Of a DNA stretch of 64,000 bases, positions 1 to 14,256 are shown one piece after another. The notes under the pieces were generated by a model that was given only the letters and a program-made list of their open reading frames with translations, ran no database searches and had not been told where the DNA came from. The DNA lies in assembly GCA_951406725.2 (NCBI GenBank), contig OX597816.1, forward strand, positions 151,528,001 through 151,592,000. Direction: 5' to 3'. Each line of letters starts with the position of its first letter. Position 1 is the first letter of the stretch. This stretch comes from Octopus vulgaris. Lineage: Eukaryota. Both the position numbers and the translations under genes were made by a program.

Positions 1-2854
1 TTTGGAGCGAAAACAAGAACAGCAACTCACTCCGGTCTTGAATATCATTTAGACACTGAATATCTAATACTACAAAATCCAACGAGAAAAAGACTGTAAA
101 GTGTGATTCGCGGGTGATTTAGTAGCTATTTTGAATAGATCGAGTGACTGCGTAGAGCTATCATGTCTGTTGACAGAGATCGTTTTCAGCAGACATCAAT
201 TTGATTTCAGTTATGTGGCAGGACTCGTAGCTGAGACGATAAGGTGTCGGGATGGTTCATTGTTTATGTCATCTCACAGGAATTTATTATGTCCTTGACA
301 AAAGTATCACTCTTACGAGTTTCGGCCATTCGGCTTTAAACAGATAACAACAAATTTGGGATTGTACGATACAAAGCTTTTAAGTAGCCAGAGTATCGTA
401 GAATTGACGAGAATTTTTTTTTTTATCTATCTGCCTACATTTCCTCAGAGCATAAAACAGCTACAGTGACGAAAAACCAACTTATTACCTTTCACTCAAG
501 AAAACCTACTCCGTATGCTCTCGTCAGGTGCAACGCCTGTTGTAATTTTTACAGTTTGTTATTCAGCAAACTTATGAATCGTAAGCAGTTACTTAGATAC
601 TTAGTTTGAAAATCTAGTGCCAGCACAACAGATGTATTCGAGTTTATAAGATGTTCCCAATCTTGGTTTAGTTGACCTTCGTTCAGTTAGCGTTTCAATC
701 TAGCTACGACCCTGGCATTTTAATTCTGGTGCACGCAACCCTAAGTTATGTGAATCTCATTTAAAAAAAAAAAAAACGATTTGGAATTTACTACGGGAGA
801 TTTGGCTGCCATTTTGTGTAAGTATGTAAAATTTCTGCCGCTAGGATTAACCAGAGTTATCCAATAGCAGCAGCAACAATAAAGCAGCAAAGCAACAGTA
901 CAAACACATGTTTTCAATAAATAATATCATTGAGATAATCTTTATCGGATTAACGTTAACTTTTATAAACTGCTTACACGGGACTTTGTCAGAAGGGCGA
1001 TTAAGATAATTATGTTGCGTAACAGTTAGTTGTTAGATAAGTAATTTCTGCTTCAAATCAATCTAGTTTTATTACTCCCAGCAACAAAATTTATTGGCAA
1101 CTACCGATTACTTAGCAATTTATTTAGATGTAACAGTTAATATAAGGTTGCTTGATGACTGTTTCGACTCAAATTTCAATTTCAGTTTTGATATAGAATT
1201 TCAGTTTCAGCTATTCGCCCACAAAAAACATTGATGATCAATGGAGATACACGATATCAAGGGGAAAACATTCAATTTTTCCGTTGTCTAATTGAATTGG
1301 ACATTGGATATGAAAGAAATCAAGTTTACTGTTCGCTTCTCAACCAGAAGGGGACTGGTCCTTTAGATAAATAAAAGAAGTAGTGAAGACACAACTGGAG
1401 TCCTTTAACAAGGTTTGCACGAACTGGCTAAAGCACTTCAGCGGCATTAGAAAGCCCTAGAGGTGATCTGAAGGAGAGAAAACGGTTTTCAAATCATGAA
1501 GATATGCTGGAGGAATATATATACTCAAAGAGATGTATTTGCATAGGCACACACGCATATATATGTACACATACACACAGACACTCGCGCACATATATGC
1601 GTATATGATCGATTAGTTTAAAAGTTCGCTTAGCTGCCACCAGATTCCAGGTTCGGTGCTCCTGTATGTGTCATCTTAAGCGAATGTAATTTCCTATTGC
1701 ATCGTGTAGGACCATACTTAGTGAGTGAAATCGAATGAACGGAAACTGTATAGAACCCTGTCAGATGGACTGTACCTGTAATTCAAATACACATCCTTGT
1801 CTCACACTGTCACACTGATTCTGCCCGAAAATTACATTAAGAGTTCAGTTGTGTCTGGTATTCTCAGCCATTTATGCGTTAATTCAAGAGCAGGTAATTC
1901 AGTTGATTGGACAATTGAGTCGTCATGGTCGAAAACGGCGGAGAACTATTCATACTCTTTCGTTCTTTTACCAGTTTCTGTCATTGGGCGAAATCTTGAA
2001 AAGTTTAGTCAAACAAACCGACTTCACCGTTTTAAATATGGTGCTTATTCTATTGGTCTCTTTTGCTGAAGTGCTAAGTTATGGGCATATGAACACCCAA
2101 CACCGGTTGTCCAGTGGTGGATGGACAAACACAAGGCCACACACACACACACACACACACACACATTGTGTCCGTCTACCAAACTGGTCATCCCAGGAAT
2201 ATAAAAGAACAAAATGCCGCGCAGTAGGACTGAATCCAGAACCACTTGGTTGCGAAACGAACTTGAGAATCACGCTAAGAATACACCTGTCTGTGGAATA
2301 CTCAACTATTTATACGCCAATTTAATGAACAGATAATTAATTGAACTACTGAATCGTTACCATATATATCATATAATTATTGTTATTTTATACATAATAC
2401 AATTTTCTTTATTGGATCAACAAAGAGATACAGTCCACTGCCTCATGTGTTTCTTTTTTGAAACGAAGTTTGTTTTAGTTGCTGTAGTCGTTTTCAATAT
2501 ATTAGTCGGTAACTTCATACTTCACTTTATCCGATCTGCCCAGCAGCATTTGTCAAACATGGCGATAGTTGATTTATGTAAGACGTGAATATTTTGTTCA
2601 AAGAACTCAGTTGTGTCGAAGCAACAAGACAACGAATACATGTTGAGACACATAATGTTTGTGTAATGGATTAGCTTGTAAAATATCAATAGATGTCATA
2701 TTAACGAGCACGTACGGATTTGTAAAGTACGCATTTTAACACCCTCTACTGTAGAGCGAGAGGGAGATGAAAGGTAGAGTCGAGTCGTTGGGATCTGAAC
2801 TCTGTAGGTTTACGCCAGTTACTGTAACAATTAAGCTATATTTAATATATTCAA

Positions 2855-3110
2855 TAAAAAAAGATGAACTGAAGGCATGGATTATGGCAGCATTCACCAA
2901 CTTAAACAAGGAGACTGTCCAAAAGAGTTGCAGAAGATTCCGAAGCCACCTGGAGGCCGTAGTTGAAGCCGATGGCGATTTTATTAAATAAATTTACTCT
3001 GTAATACTTCAAGATATTTTTTATGTAATTTTGGTAAATATATTTGTTAAAATGAGATGTCAGTGTTATTTTTCTTTTTGCGTAATTTAGACTGTTTATT
3101 CACCGCAACC
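2855..3110 (+). mobile_element. Tc1/mariner-type transposon 3' relic (transposase C-terminus and right end)
   Basis: Translation KDELKAWIMAAFTNLNKETVQKSCRRFRSHLEAVVEADGDFIK* is a typical Tc1/mariner C-terminus. The segment ends ...TTTATTCACCGCAACC followed by TA. Confidence 0.7.
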
Positions 3111-3271
3111 TAGAAAATAACTAAGTAGCAGTAATTATGCACTGACACACACACACACACCCACACGTCCATTTAATATACACACACACGTCCATTTCAT
3201 ATACACGTACACACATCTTTCATTTTCTCCTCTGTTCACTTTCTGCTCTCACTTCAAAGTAAATGTCACTT

Positions 3272-3357
3272 TTCACTTTCTCCTCTCTTTCAATTTCTCC
3301 TCTCTTTCAATTTCTCCTCTCTTTCACTTTCTCCTCTCTTTCAATTTCTCCTCTCTT
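3272..3357. repeat. 17-bp minisatellite (TTCAMTTTCTCCTCTCT) x5
   Basis: Tandem units directly visible. Confidence 0.85.
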
Positions 3358-6244
3358 GAAATCATAAAGAAATATAAAATATTCAAGGAAATTAACGAAC
3401 TATCATATGATCCCATATGATTGCCCATATGATCGAGTTGACAAATTTGCTGTTTCAAACGAAAGAATGCCATAAAATAACTTCCTTTGACACACACACA
3501 CACGCACACATACTCTCACACATACACACACATGCACAAACACACTCTAGGTAAAACGTCTGTACGAATTATGTTATTTCTTGCTGTGTGCACGCACAAA
3601 ATTTCAGCTCAAATCCAACTGAAATTATCTTTTTCTATTCTGCAATTCGTGTTTGTGATGAGCGAATTTAAAAGCTTGTCCTCTACCTACTGTTTCTAGC
3701 ATATCTGAGGTGATATTTGCGTCCACGACCTTAGTTTTTTCCTGAATTTCTTCCGATTCCTATGTTTTCAATACAAGAGATTAGGATTTCGCCGAAAAAG
3801 CACGTTCTCAATATTTTAAATTTCTCCTTTCCCAGCCAAATTTCTTCATTTTTTACTGTTTTCCAAATTTTTTTCTTGGTAATCCACGGAGATTTGAAGT
3901 GAGAGCAGAAAGTAAACAGAGGAGAAAATGAAAAACAGAGAGTACGAATCTTAAAGAATTTTCTTCCTTTTTTCTTAAAGAAGGTCTAAAATCTCCTCAA
4001 ACATTCACCCATTACCTCACCACTTTCAAAAAGCTACAAACTCTCAATGTTTCAGTTTTAGCTTTTTAGAAAACGGGGAAGTTTCTTCAGTAATAATGTC
4101 GTTTACCTGTTGTTTCTCGCATGTCGGGTTTTCTGGTGGTGGTCTGGTAGCTTTTACGACTGTTATTTCAGTACAATTCTACGCATGCGTGAAACATCAG
4201 ATAAAAGCCAAACATTGAAAGGTTTGAGCTTTTTTGAAAGCGGGTATGTGATGGGTGGGCGAAGTGCGGAAGGGGCATTGAGTGTTTCTTTAGGAAAAAT
4301 GAAACTTTAAAACCTATATATATTCGTAATCTCTGTACTTTTCTACATAGAATAAAAAAAATTCGAAAAATGTTACAAATTAAGAAATTGCGGTAAGGAC
4401 GGGGGGAAATTATAAGTTTAGAAACGTGAGTTCTAGATAAAATCGTATTAACCCCCTTTTATACAGTGAAACAATTCATTGTTTGTGATCCTTCTTCAGA
4501 ACAGAAAGCACTTTAATGCAAACTCATGCAAATTGTACCCTCCCCTTCACTTTTAAACAAACTATAACTTCCATTACGCCAGTATTCCAGTTCACTTTTC
4601 TTTAATTCCCTTTTTCTCCCCTTCACCGTTTTCTCTCTGTTTCTATCTCTCCCCTCTTTCTCTGTTTCTGTCTTTCATTGCTCACACGTGACCATCGTCT
4701 ATCTTTCTTTTCCTCACGTGATCATCTTTCTTTTCCTTCAGGACTGTCCTAAAGATTGGAGTATTCTATCTTTCCTATTTTTTCTCTTTTCAAAGAAAAT
4801 ATTTCTCCAGCGTTCGCTATTTTACTCTCGTCTTGGTCTAACGACCTTCCATGCTTGTTTTTCGTTCGGTTTTCTTGTATGTCTCCACTGTCCTGTTTTT
4901 GTTCCCAACTTTGACCCTTCATAAATCCAAAATTTTATTTTGGTACTTATGGGAGCAACTGTCTTCGAAGACTCGAATTATCGTTCGATGCTCGAAATGA
5001 GGAGTAGATAGACAGCCGACAACTGATGAAGGATCCTTTCTCTGTCTTTACTTGTCCTGTTTTCCATTTGTTTTTCTCGTTATTTGCGTATTGAACTCAT
5101 TTTCATACATACACACACGGACATATATGGTGATCCTTCTTAGTTTTGCCAACCGAGTAGGATATTATTCATTTAGAACGTCTTTTAAGACCGAGCTAAA
5201 GATGTCCGTGGTTTTCACCACTATTCTTGCGTTGAAAACCAAATCCACACAAATGTGCATTGTCTATTTGTACAGAAATTTCGATCGACTAATTATATTG
5301 GAGTTATAACCGTTACTAGCTTGAGGGAGTGATGGTTAAACATTCATAAAAGGAGTATTTGTCTTATAATTTGCTTGGGCAATCTCAGCAATCGGAGAGT
5401 TTTTCAACTCACTATACCACATATGTAAGACAAGGTATTATTATTGTCACCAGACTATATCTGTCAGATATCTTCCTCCATCTAACTTATATTATCCAAT
5501 TAAATGGTATTAGGAGGCTTACTATGGTTTTCAGTACTTTAGAAATGATATTTTGTGTAGATAGATCAATGTTTCAGAAATGTCTACATCGTTTATTCAG
5601 ATATTTGTTATGTGTATAAAGAAGGTCTTTAGATAATTGTTTAATGGAATTAAAACAAACGGCTTTAACAGCCAACATTACTATCTGCACTATTAGCATC
5701 AGTCAGTATTTATACAACGTTGATATTGATTTCTTACATCAATAAGGTCAACTTTTGTAGGAGAGGAGTATAGTGAATTGGGTCGAAACCAGTAACTATT
5801 TTATCGAACCCCAAAGGCAGTAAGAACAGAGACGTTACTTCCAGGAACTGAATTCAGAAACAAATGAACGAAACAAAGCAGTGAAAATACAATGTATATT
5901 GGCAATTCATCCCCACATCTTAAAGTACGTATTTGAAGCTGCTATAAATTCTCTACTATATAGATTGAAAGCAGCAATTAAAAAGATTTAAATAATAACA
6001 AGATAAAACAATCGCATTCTAGATAATTCCTCAGACTATGATTAATGATTGTATAGAAATGGTTGGCAGCATCAAAAACTTGCACTTTTGTCGGTGGGAT
6101 CTGAATTCCCGATATTTGCCGCATCTAATTCTGCGCTGCTACATTGCTTACGAAATAAATTTACCGTCGAACAACTACGCAATATTGCCAATTTAGAATT
6201 ACTATTGCTGGCTTTTATCTTATTTTATGTTATTTTATTCGTAA

Positions 6245-6759
6245 CTAGCAGTATCGCCCGGCGTTGCTCGGGTTTGTAAGGGAAATAACTATATAAGCAT
6301 TTTTAGAGAGTTACTTCCCTTATAGATGCCAATTCGGGCTTTCTTAGCCATTTCTGTTTTGGTGTCTTCAAGCCATGAAGTCGTTGTTCTAAAAGAACGC
6401 TGGTCTCCTTGACAACGCTTTACGACGTTGATTTCCTTACACTCCCTTCCCCACAGCTTCACGAGGGAGGGAAGAAGGGGGAGAAGCAAACACAGGTGCA
6501 GGTGTGACCATGGACGCCAACTCCGCCGCCATCGACACACGAAAAATTATGCATTAAAATGGAATAAAAAAGGATCTTAAATTATTTTTAAAATCGTAGA
6601 CTCATCGTAGACGCGCGCTAATACTCAGATGGGCTCGATATGAATCACGACTATAAGATACCCGAATTTGGTTAAACTGCACCGCAAAATGTGGGAGTAG
6701 TTAGGAATCTAAATCGAAGGGGACAGACACTCACACAACTACAGTTTTATATATATAGA
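6245..6759 (-). mobile_element. Non-autonomous Helitron
   Basis: On the minus strand it starts TCTATATATATAAA and ends CCCGAGCAACGCCGGGCGATACTGCTAG (GC hairpin plus CTAG). It is inserted between A and T with no TSD. Related copies occur at 33-35 kb and 37.8-38.7 kb. Confidence 0.85.
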
Positions 6760-6856
6760 TTTAGCCAAGATTTTTGAATCGCCTATCGAATATAAATCCA
6801 TGTATATGTGTATATATATGTATATATGTATGTATATATGTATGTATTTTTAAAAT

Positions 6857-7017
6857 TCTTTTACTTGTTTCAGTCATTTGACTGCGGCCATGCTGGAGCA
6901 CCACGTTTAGTCGAACAAATCGCCTCCAGGACTTATTCTTTGTAAGCCTAGTACTTATTCTATCGGTTTCTTTTACCGAACTTCTAAGTTACGGGGACAT
7001 AAACACACTAACATCGG
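6857..7017 (-). mobile_element. SINE family A, 3' half
   Basis: Reverse complement of the tail of the 8845-9258 copy. Confidence 0.8.
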
Positions 7018-7084
<67 letters not shown>

Positions 7085-7782
7085 TAATTGTATTGGATGC
7101 AATTATATGTAGTGAAGATTTGCAGTGGTTGGACGTATTTAACGTCTATTTTCAGCATATGGGCATGGTAGCTTCCGTGCCCTTAAGTATAAGTCTGTCC
7201 TATACAATTAAATATCTCTATATATCTATTTTACCTAAAAGGTTATTTCTTATATGCTGACCATTGATAAAATTCACTAATTTTAATGGTTTCATCCTTT
7301 AATTATATTCAAATGTATCCCATTTACTTTGGGTCAGTTTATTCACTTCTGTACTATTCTGACCAAATGCACACGTGTTGAGGTGGACTAGGAAAATTCT
7401 ATGCGTATATATTTGTGTATATTTATACGTACTCACATTTTGCGTGTGTTTTTATGTAGGTATGTATAAATATTTTCCTTTATTTCACCCAGTATGTTTT
7501 GCTGCTGAAAGGAAAGTTATTAAATTAATCCAGAAATTGATCAATCTAAAACTATCTCAATTTTTTTTAATAATTTTAAATCAGTCCGCTTTCCCGCTTT
7601 CAACCTGTGTATATATAGTGAAGATTTGCAATGGTTGGATGTATTTGACATGTCCTTAAGTATAATTGTATCCTATACAATTATATATCTCTATATATGT
7701 ATTTTACCAAAAATGTTATCTTTTACATGCTGACCATTGATAAAATTCATTAATTTTAATGATTTTATCATTTAATCATGTT

Positions 7783-7882
<100 letters not shown>

Positions 7883-8073
7883 CGCCATGATAGATGGTTA
7901 GCCACTACACACATTTTTTCTCTCCTTGTTTTTTTCTGTGTCCCTTTCTGTAGAAGAGCGTAGGCTCGAAACGTAAAGGACTTTTTCTATTCCTGAGCGT
8001 TATACTAATACATCTGTTTGTTTTGTACACCACCAGTCTTCGTATTTTGTTGTTTTTTTTCGTAAACTCTCCC

Positions 8074-8108
<35 letters not shown>

Positions 8109-8568
8109 GATAGGCTTCTTTCAGTTTCCATCTACAAATCCTTTCACAAGGCTTTGGTCGGCCCGGGACTATAGTAGAAGACACTATAGTCACTATACAT
8201 GTGTATGAATATTTTATCTTTTATTTGTTTTAGTTATTAGATTGTGGTAATGGTGGGGCACTGCCTTGAAGCGTTTAGTCGAACAAATCGAACCCAGTTT
8301 GATACTTTATTTTATCGTTCGTTTACATCTTCCCTAAGTTACAGGGATGTGAAAAAACCAATATAGGCACACACACACACACGCATGACGTGCTTCTTTC
8401 AGTTTCTGTCTATCAAATCCATTCACAAGGCTTTGGTCGGCCCTGGGCTATTGGAGTACTTTCCCAGGGTATCACACAGTGGCACTGAACCCAGAACCAT
8501 GAGGCTGGGTAGCAAACGTCTTACCACACAGCCACACCTGCGCCCCATATGTGTATATATATATACGT

Positions 8569-8658
<90 letters not shown>

Positions 8659-8844
8659 TAAGTGAGTTTATATTTACCTTCGTCTGATCTATGGATCTAT
8701 GCAAGCATGGGAAAGTTAACATTAAAACAATTACGAATAACATTAAATGTTTTAGTTTTGTTTTTTGTTTTTTTCTATACAATATTTCGAGACATGTGAG
8801 AGAGTCAATGGTTTGTCTTTTGGAAACATTGTATTTAAATGATC

Positions 8845-9258
8845 AGGAGTGGCTGTGTGGTAAGTAGCTTGCTAACTAACCACATGGTTCCGGGTTCAGT
8901 CCCACTGCGTAGCATCTTGGGCAAGTGTCTTCTGCTATAGCCCCGGGCCGACCAATGCCTTGTGAGTGGATTTGGTAGACGGAAACTGAAAGAAGCCTGT
9001 CGTATATATGTATATATATATATAAGTGTGTGTGTATATGTTTGTGTGTCTGTGTTTGTCCCCCTAGCATTGCTTGACAACCGATGCTGGTGTGTTTACG
9101 TCCCCGTCACTTAGCGGTTCGGCAAAAGAGACCGATAGAATAAGTACTGGGCTTACAAAGAATAAGTCCCGGGGTCGATTTGCTCGACTAAAGGCGGTGC
9201 TCCAGCATGGCCGCAGTCAAATGACTGAAACAAGTAAAAGAGTAAAGAGTAAAAGAGT
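8845..9258 (+). mobile_element. SINE family A (tRNA-derived, CORE-like, internal TA/TG microsatellite), near full length
   Basis: A box TGGCTGTGTGG, B box GGTTCAGTCC, CORE-like CTTGGGCAAGT, internal (TA)n(TG)n, and a (AGTAAAAG)n tail. More than 10 related copies lie in the window. Confidence 0.85.
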
Positions 9259-9778
9259 ATATAGATAATATTGAAATTACAATAAAACTTTATTAATTTC
9301 CTTAAACGGACCTCTACTACTAACGCGGACAACGCTCAGGAAAACTTGAGGTCTCAGAACAAAACGTTTCTCTTCAAATGTTCTATTATTCATTTATCGC
9401 TGATTCATTTAACTCAGAGTCATTTTTAATCAAACATTTGTGATAAACGAGGGTAGACGTACTTGAAACTGCTCACTAGATAAAACATGACCTGAAACAA
9501 CCTGAAAAACACTGTAAATTTTATTATTTAAGTTGATGCATCAATAAATGAAATTGATACAATGGACACATCTAATTTAGAAACAAATAGCAATGCTGTA
9601 ACTACTGAAGGATTCAACAATTTGGAGGCCCTGTGAGATATTCAGTCAGATATACTAGCAATGATCTAATTTCTACACCTTTTTTTTAAAGAGAGTGACG
9701 AGCATCATTTTCCTTATTGAGCAATTTTAAACGTCTTATTTTCGTAAAAGTTTAGCATTAAACTGTTTCCTTCATTTG

Positions 9779-9861
9779 GGAAGTGACTGTGTGGTAAGAA
9801 GCACGGGCCGACCAAAGCCTTGAGAGTGGATTTGGTAGACGGAAACTGAAAGAAGCCCGTC

Positions 9862-9923
<62 letters not shown>

Positions 9924-10145
9924 GTATGTGTCTGTGTTTGTGTGTCTGTGTTTGTCCCCCTAGCATTGCTTGACAACCGATGCTGGTGTGTTTATGTCCC
10001 CGTCACTTAGCGGTTCGGCAAAAGAGACCGATAGAATAAGTGCTGGGCTTACAAAGAATAAGTCCCGGGGTCGAGTTGCTCGATTAAAGGCGGTGCTCCA
10101 GCATGGCCGCAGTCAAATGACTGAAACAAGTGAAAGAGTAAAGAG
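9779..10145 (+). mobile_element. SINE family A with internal deletion
   Basis: Aligns by eye to 8845-9258 but lacks the B box/CORE segment. Confidence 0.8.
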
Positions 10146-11026
10146 ACCGCATACAAATCTTTGCATTGGGTTATCTTCTTTAGTGTAGCAACAAAAGTAA
10201 ATTCTATCTTGAAAAGGGTTGAGAGTAACCCCACTGAGCTTTAAATGTACTTTAAATTATACTCAAGAAGGTAAATCACACGGCATAAAGTGCAGTAGAT
10301 TTTTTTCCATATATATACAGGGGGTGGGGGCGCACGTGCGTGCGTGTGTGCGTATGAAAAAACTGGGGGGAATTATTTGCCGGTAAATAGATTTCAGGCT
10401 TTCGCAATCATGCATACATTTTTTTTACTTGCTCCTGGCCTATCATATTATCTAGGAAACTCTATATTTAAGCTGAATGCTGTTAAACCTGCTGTCTTAT
10501 GCTGTTATTTTTGCACATTGCAAGAATGTCCGGTATCTTGTTATATATCAACCCAACCAAATTCACGTTTTGAACATTACCTTTCACATTTAGATTTCAT
10601 ATTTAGCTTACCTTACCACGAGAGCTAATACTAATGTTTCTACCAAATCACATAGACGTACACACATGCACAAAACACACAAACACACACACACACACTC
10701 ACGCACACACACACTCACGCACACACACACTCACGCACACACACGCACGCACATACACGCACAAACACACGCATATATGTTAGGTGAGTATGTGTATGTG
10801 TGTGTGTGTGTAAAAGTGAGCACCTCAACACTGAGAACAAGGCTGTGATATTATATGCATACATTCATATACACACACACACATACATACACATACATCA
10901 TACATACATACATGCATACATACATGCATGCATGCATATAAACAGAAAGAAAGAGAGAGAAGTAGGACTGTGGAGAGGAATTTTATATCTAGAATTCAAG
11001 AAACCAGTATTTAAAGATTTTTTACA

Positions 11027-11142
<116 letters not shown>

Positions 11143-12394
11143 TACACACTGATACATGACATTCGAATAATAGAAGTGAATGCCACAATGGAGAGGAGAC
11201 AAAAATATTTGACAGATAAATGATATTTGTAGAAAGAACTATTTTATTACCTAATATACTTCTCTGAAAACAATGTCGAGAGATTACCGGGGCAGGGTGG
11301 GGCTTGCAACGAAATATCATCCAGGTAAAATATGCCTTCACATCTTAATCTCAAACTCTAGAAAGTACATTTGAAAATATTCTTATTTTATATTATTAAT
11401 TGCTAGATCTGGAGGGGGTAGGGCAGTGCTCTTAATCTTCGCTGACCTTCCATTCAAGATCATACTGAAGCTGATAATCGGGATTGATAAATTAAATGTC
11501 AATTGAACAGTGGGATCGATGTAATCGACTTATTCCCTCCTCCAGAATTGCTGGCCCTGTGTCAAAATTTGAAACTAATATTGATGCTGATAATGTTCTA
11601 TTTAAAAAGGGCCGATTTTTCTATAGGACGGAGGTAGGAATGAGTGTGGGGCCAAAGTGGAGTTAGATATAAATGGGTGATGAACGAAGGAAAAACGAAT
11701 GAACCTAGGGTGCCTGGATGGAGTTGGCACAAGACAAGCCAGATCTGACGAACAGAGACCATTACAGTAGCGGCAGTAAAGGCAAGAGGGGCCAGCATGC
11801 TTGTAGGACAGAGGCTGGAGTGTGTTTATAGGTGATGTTATGCCAACCAGTCAAGTGATCTTTACTCTGGATATACTTTCTGCATTTGAGAGTATAGACC
11901 ATTGATTTAATTATAAATAACTTGTAATAAGTGCTTTTAAATATTGGGTAAGCTTTCAGAAAAGTTTCCAAAGTAATAAATAATCTCCCGTGGAGTTGAT
12001 TTTGTAAGATGCTTCCATAACCAGCTAAAAACGTGTTCACTTTACTTATGTCACCAATGCTTTCCTCTACCGTTCGCTATAAATGTTTGGATTTTCAGAA
12101 AAGAAAACATCATTAATTCCTAAATTCAATAATAGTAATGTCTTTCTTCACGTAAAAAAAAATAATAAATAAATTCCATTATTCACTACTTATTTCTGGT
12201 CCTTTGCTGTTTGGTTTGTGTATAAGGTGTTGCGGTGGAATTTTATTAACATTATGATCCATAAGTTATTATGGATGATGAGCGCCATAGAACAGAATGT
12301 AAATTAACGTCCGGTCAAGTCCGAGACCAAAGCTAGTTCTCTTATGAGCTTCAGATTGCTAATAAATGTCATTCAACAATAATTCTCCTGTAAA

Positions 12395-12612
12395 GCGGCG
12401 AACTGACAAAAACGTTACCGCGCCGGGCAAAATGTTTAGCTGCATTTCGTTCATCTTTACGTTCAAAAATTCAAATTCTGCTGAGGTCATTTTTGCCTTT
12501 CATCTTTTCAGGATTAATAAAACAAGTACCAGTTGAGCACTGGGGTCGATGTAATCGACTTACTCACCCCTCCGAACATGCTGGACTTGTACCAAAATTT
12601 GGAACCAATATT
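12395..12612 (+). mobile_element. SINE family B (tRNA-derived, Meta-domain-like), diverged
   Basis: GCGGCGAACTG head, GCCTTTCATC...AAGTACCAG central motif, and GGGGTCGATGTAATCGACT. Confidence 0.7.
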
Positions 12613-12931
12613 AATTCTTTGTATCAATTGAATATCACCCAATTCTTAATTCTTTTTTGTCTAAATTCTTTATGATTGCGGCCTTAAGTCCATTTGTTTT
12701 ATTCTCAACACTGCTTCAATTCCTTATTTAAGCTATTTCTCTTACATTCTTAATTCTGAAGCATCTATAAATGATGTACAAGCTGATGCCTATCTTCTAT
12801 TAGAAAATTCCCCCCTCCCCATGCCTAATATATATACATGCTTGTCTGAATGTATGTATGTATTATGTGTGTGTATATATATATATGTGTGTGTGTGTAT
12901 TTGTGTAAGTATGTGTATATATATATATATG

Positions 12932-12991
<60 letters not shown>

Positions 12992-13112
12992 ATCAATATA
13001 GGGTGGCAAAAAAAATTTTGTAGAATTCTTTTGCCACCAGCGGCCTAGTAGGAAAAAATTAAATAGTCATAGACCATTTTTAAGTTCAACATCAAACAAT
13101 CAAGGAACGGCC

Positions 13113-13489
<377 letters not shown>

Positions 13490-13500
13490 GGTTCGGCTAC

Positions 13501-13543
13501 TCCACATTGATAAGAGGCAAACACCTCGAAACTAGTTTGTGGA
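13501..13543 (+). ncRNA. Minimal type-I hammerhead ribozyme motif, U3-A8 core variant
   Basis: TCCACA / TTGATAA / GAGG-CAAACA-CCTC / GAAA / CTAG / TT / TGTGGA gives a perfect 6-bp stem I, a 4-bp stem II and a palindromic ACTAGT helix III. Confidence 0.65.
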
Positions 13544-13710
13544 TGCCAAACCAACAAGGAGAAGCTGCTGACCTCCCCTGTTCGAAGGTTATAATGGACA
13601 CAGGTTTGTGTGTCACATAGCTAGCTAGAGGCGATGGCCCCTTGGAGCTAATCAACGGCACCATTCGTCCTATTTTTCTGGACTACCATGTTAGCTTCGC
13701 GATAACTATT

Positions 13711-13790
<80 letters not shown>

Positions 13791-14209
13791 TGGCTGCCCC
13801 TCGTTATCGAGTATGGCCATTGCACGAAGCTTAATCAATGTTGTTATCGTGCAATGCTTGTGCAAGAAGATTTTTTTAAAGTGAAGAAAGGCTGTGCACT
13901 GAGTCAATCCCACTCACTAAGCAACAGCAGCCATAATCCGAAAAGAAGAACAAGTCAACATCATCGGTAACCACTGAGCCGCAGGTTTTATGTAGGAGTT
14001 ATCCCAGTTACCTGAGTTACCTTCTCCTAGAAGGATGCCCTAACAAAGGCTAGGAGTCCTTCACTCCCAATGGTTTAACCGCGCGATCGGGTATTCAGTC
14101 CGATTATTTCTATGTCCCCGCGCATGATACAGCCCTAAGACATTTATGGGATGGCCGTTGACTCTCAAGAGTTCCTCCGCCCTTTGACATACATACATAC
14201 ATACATACA

Positions 14210-14256
<47 letters not shown>

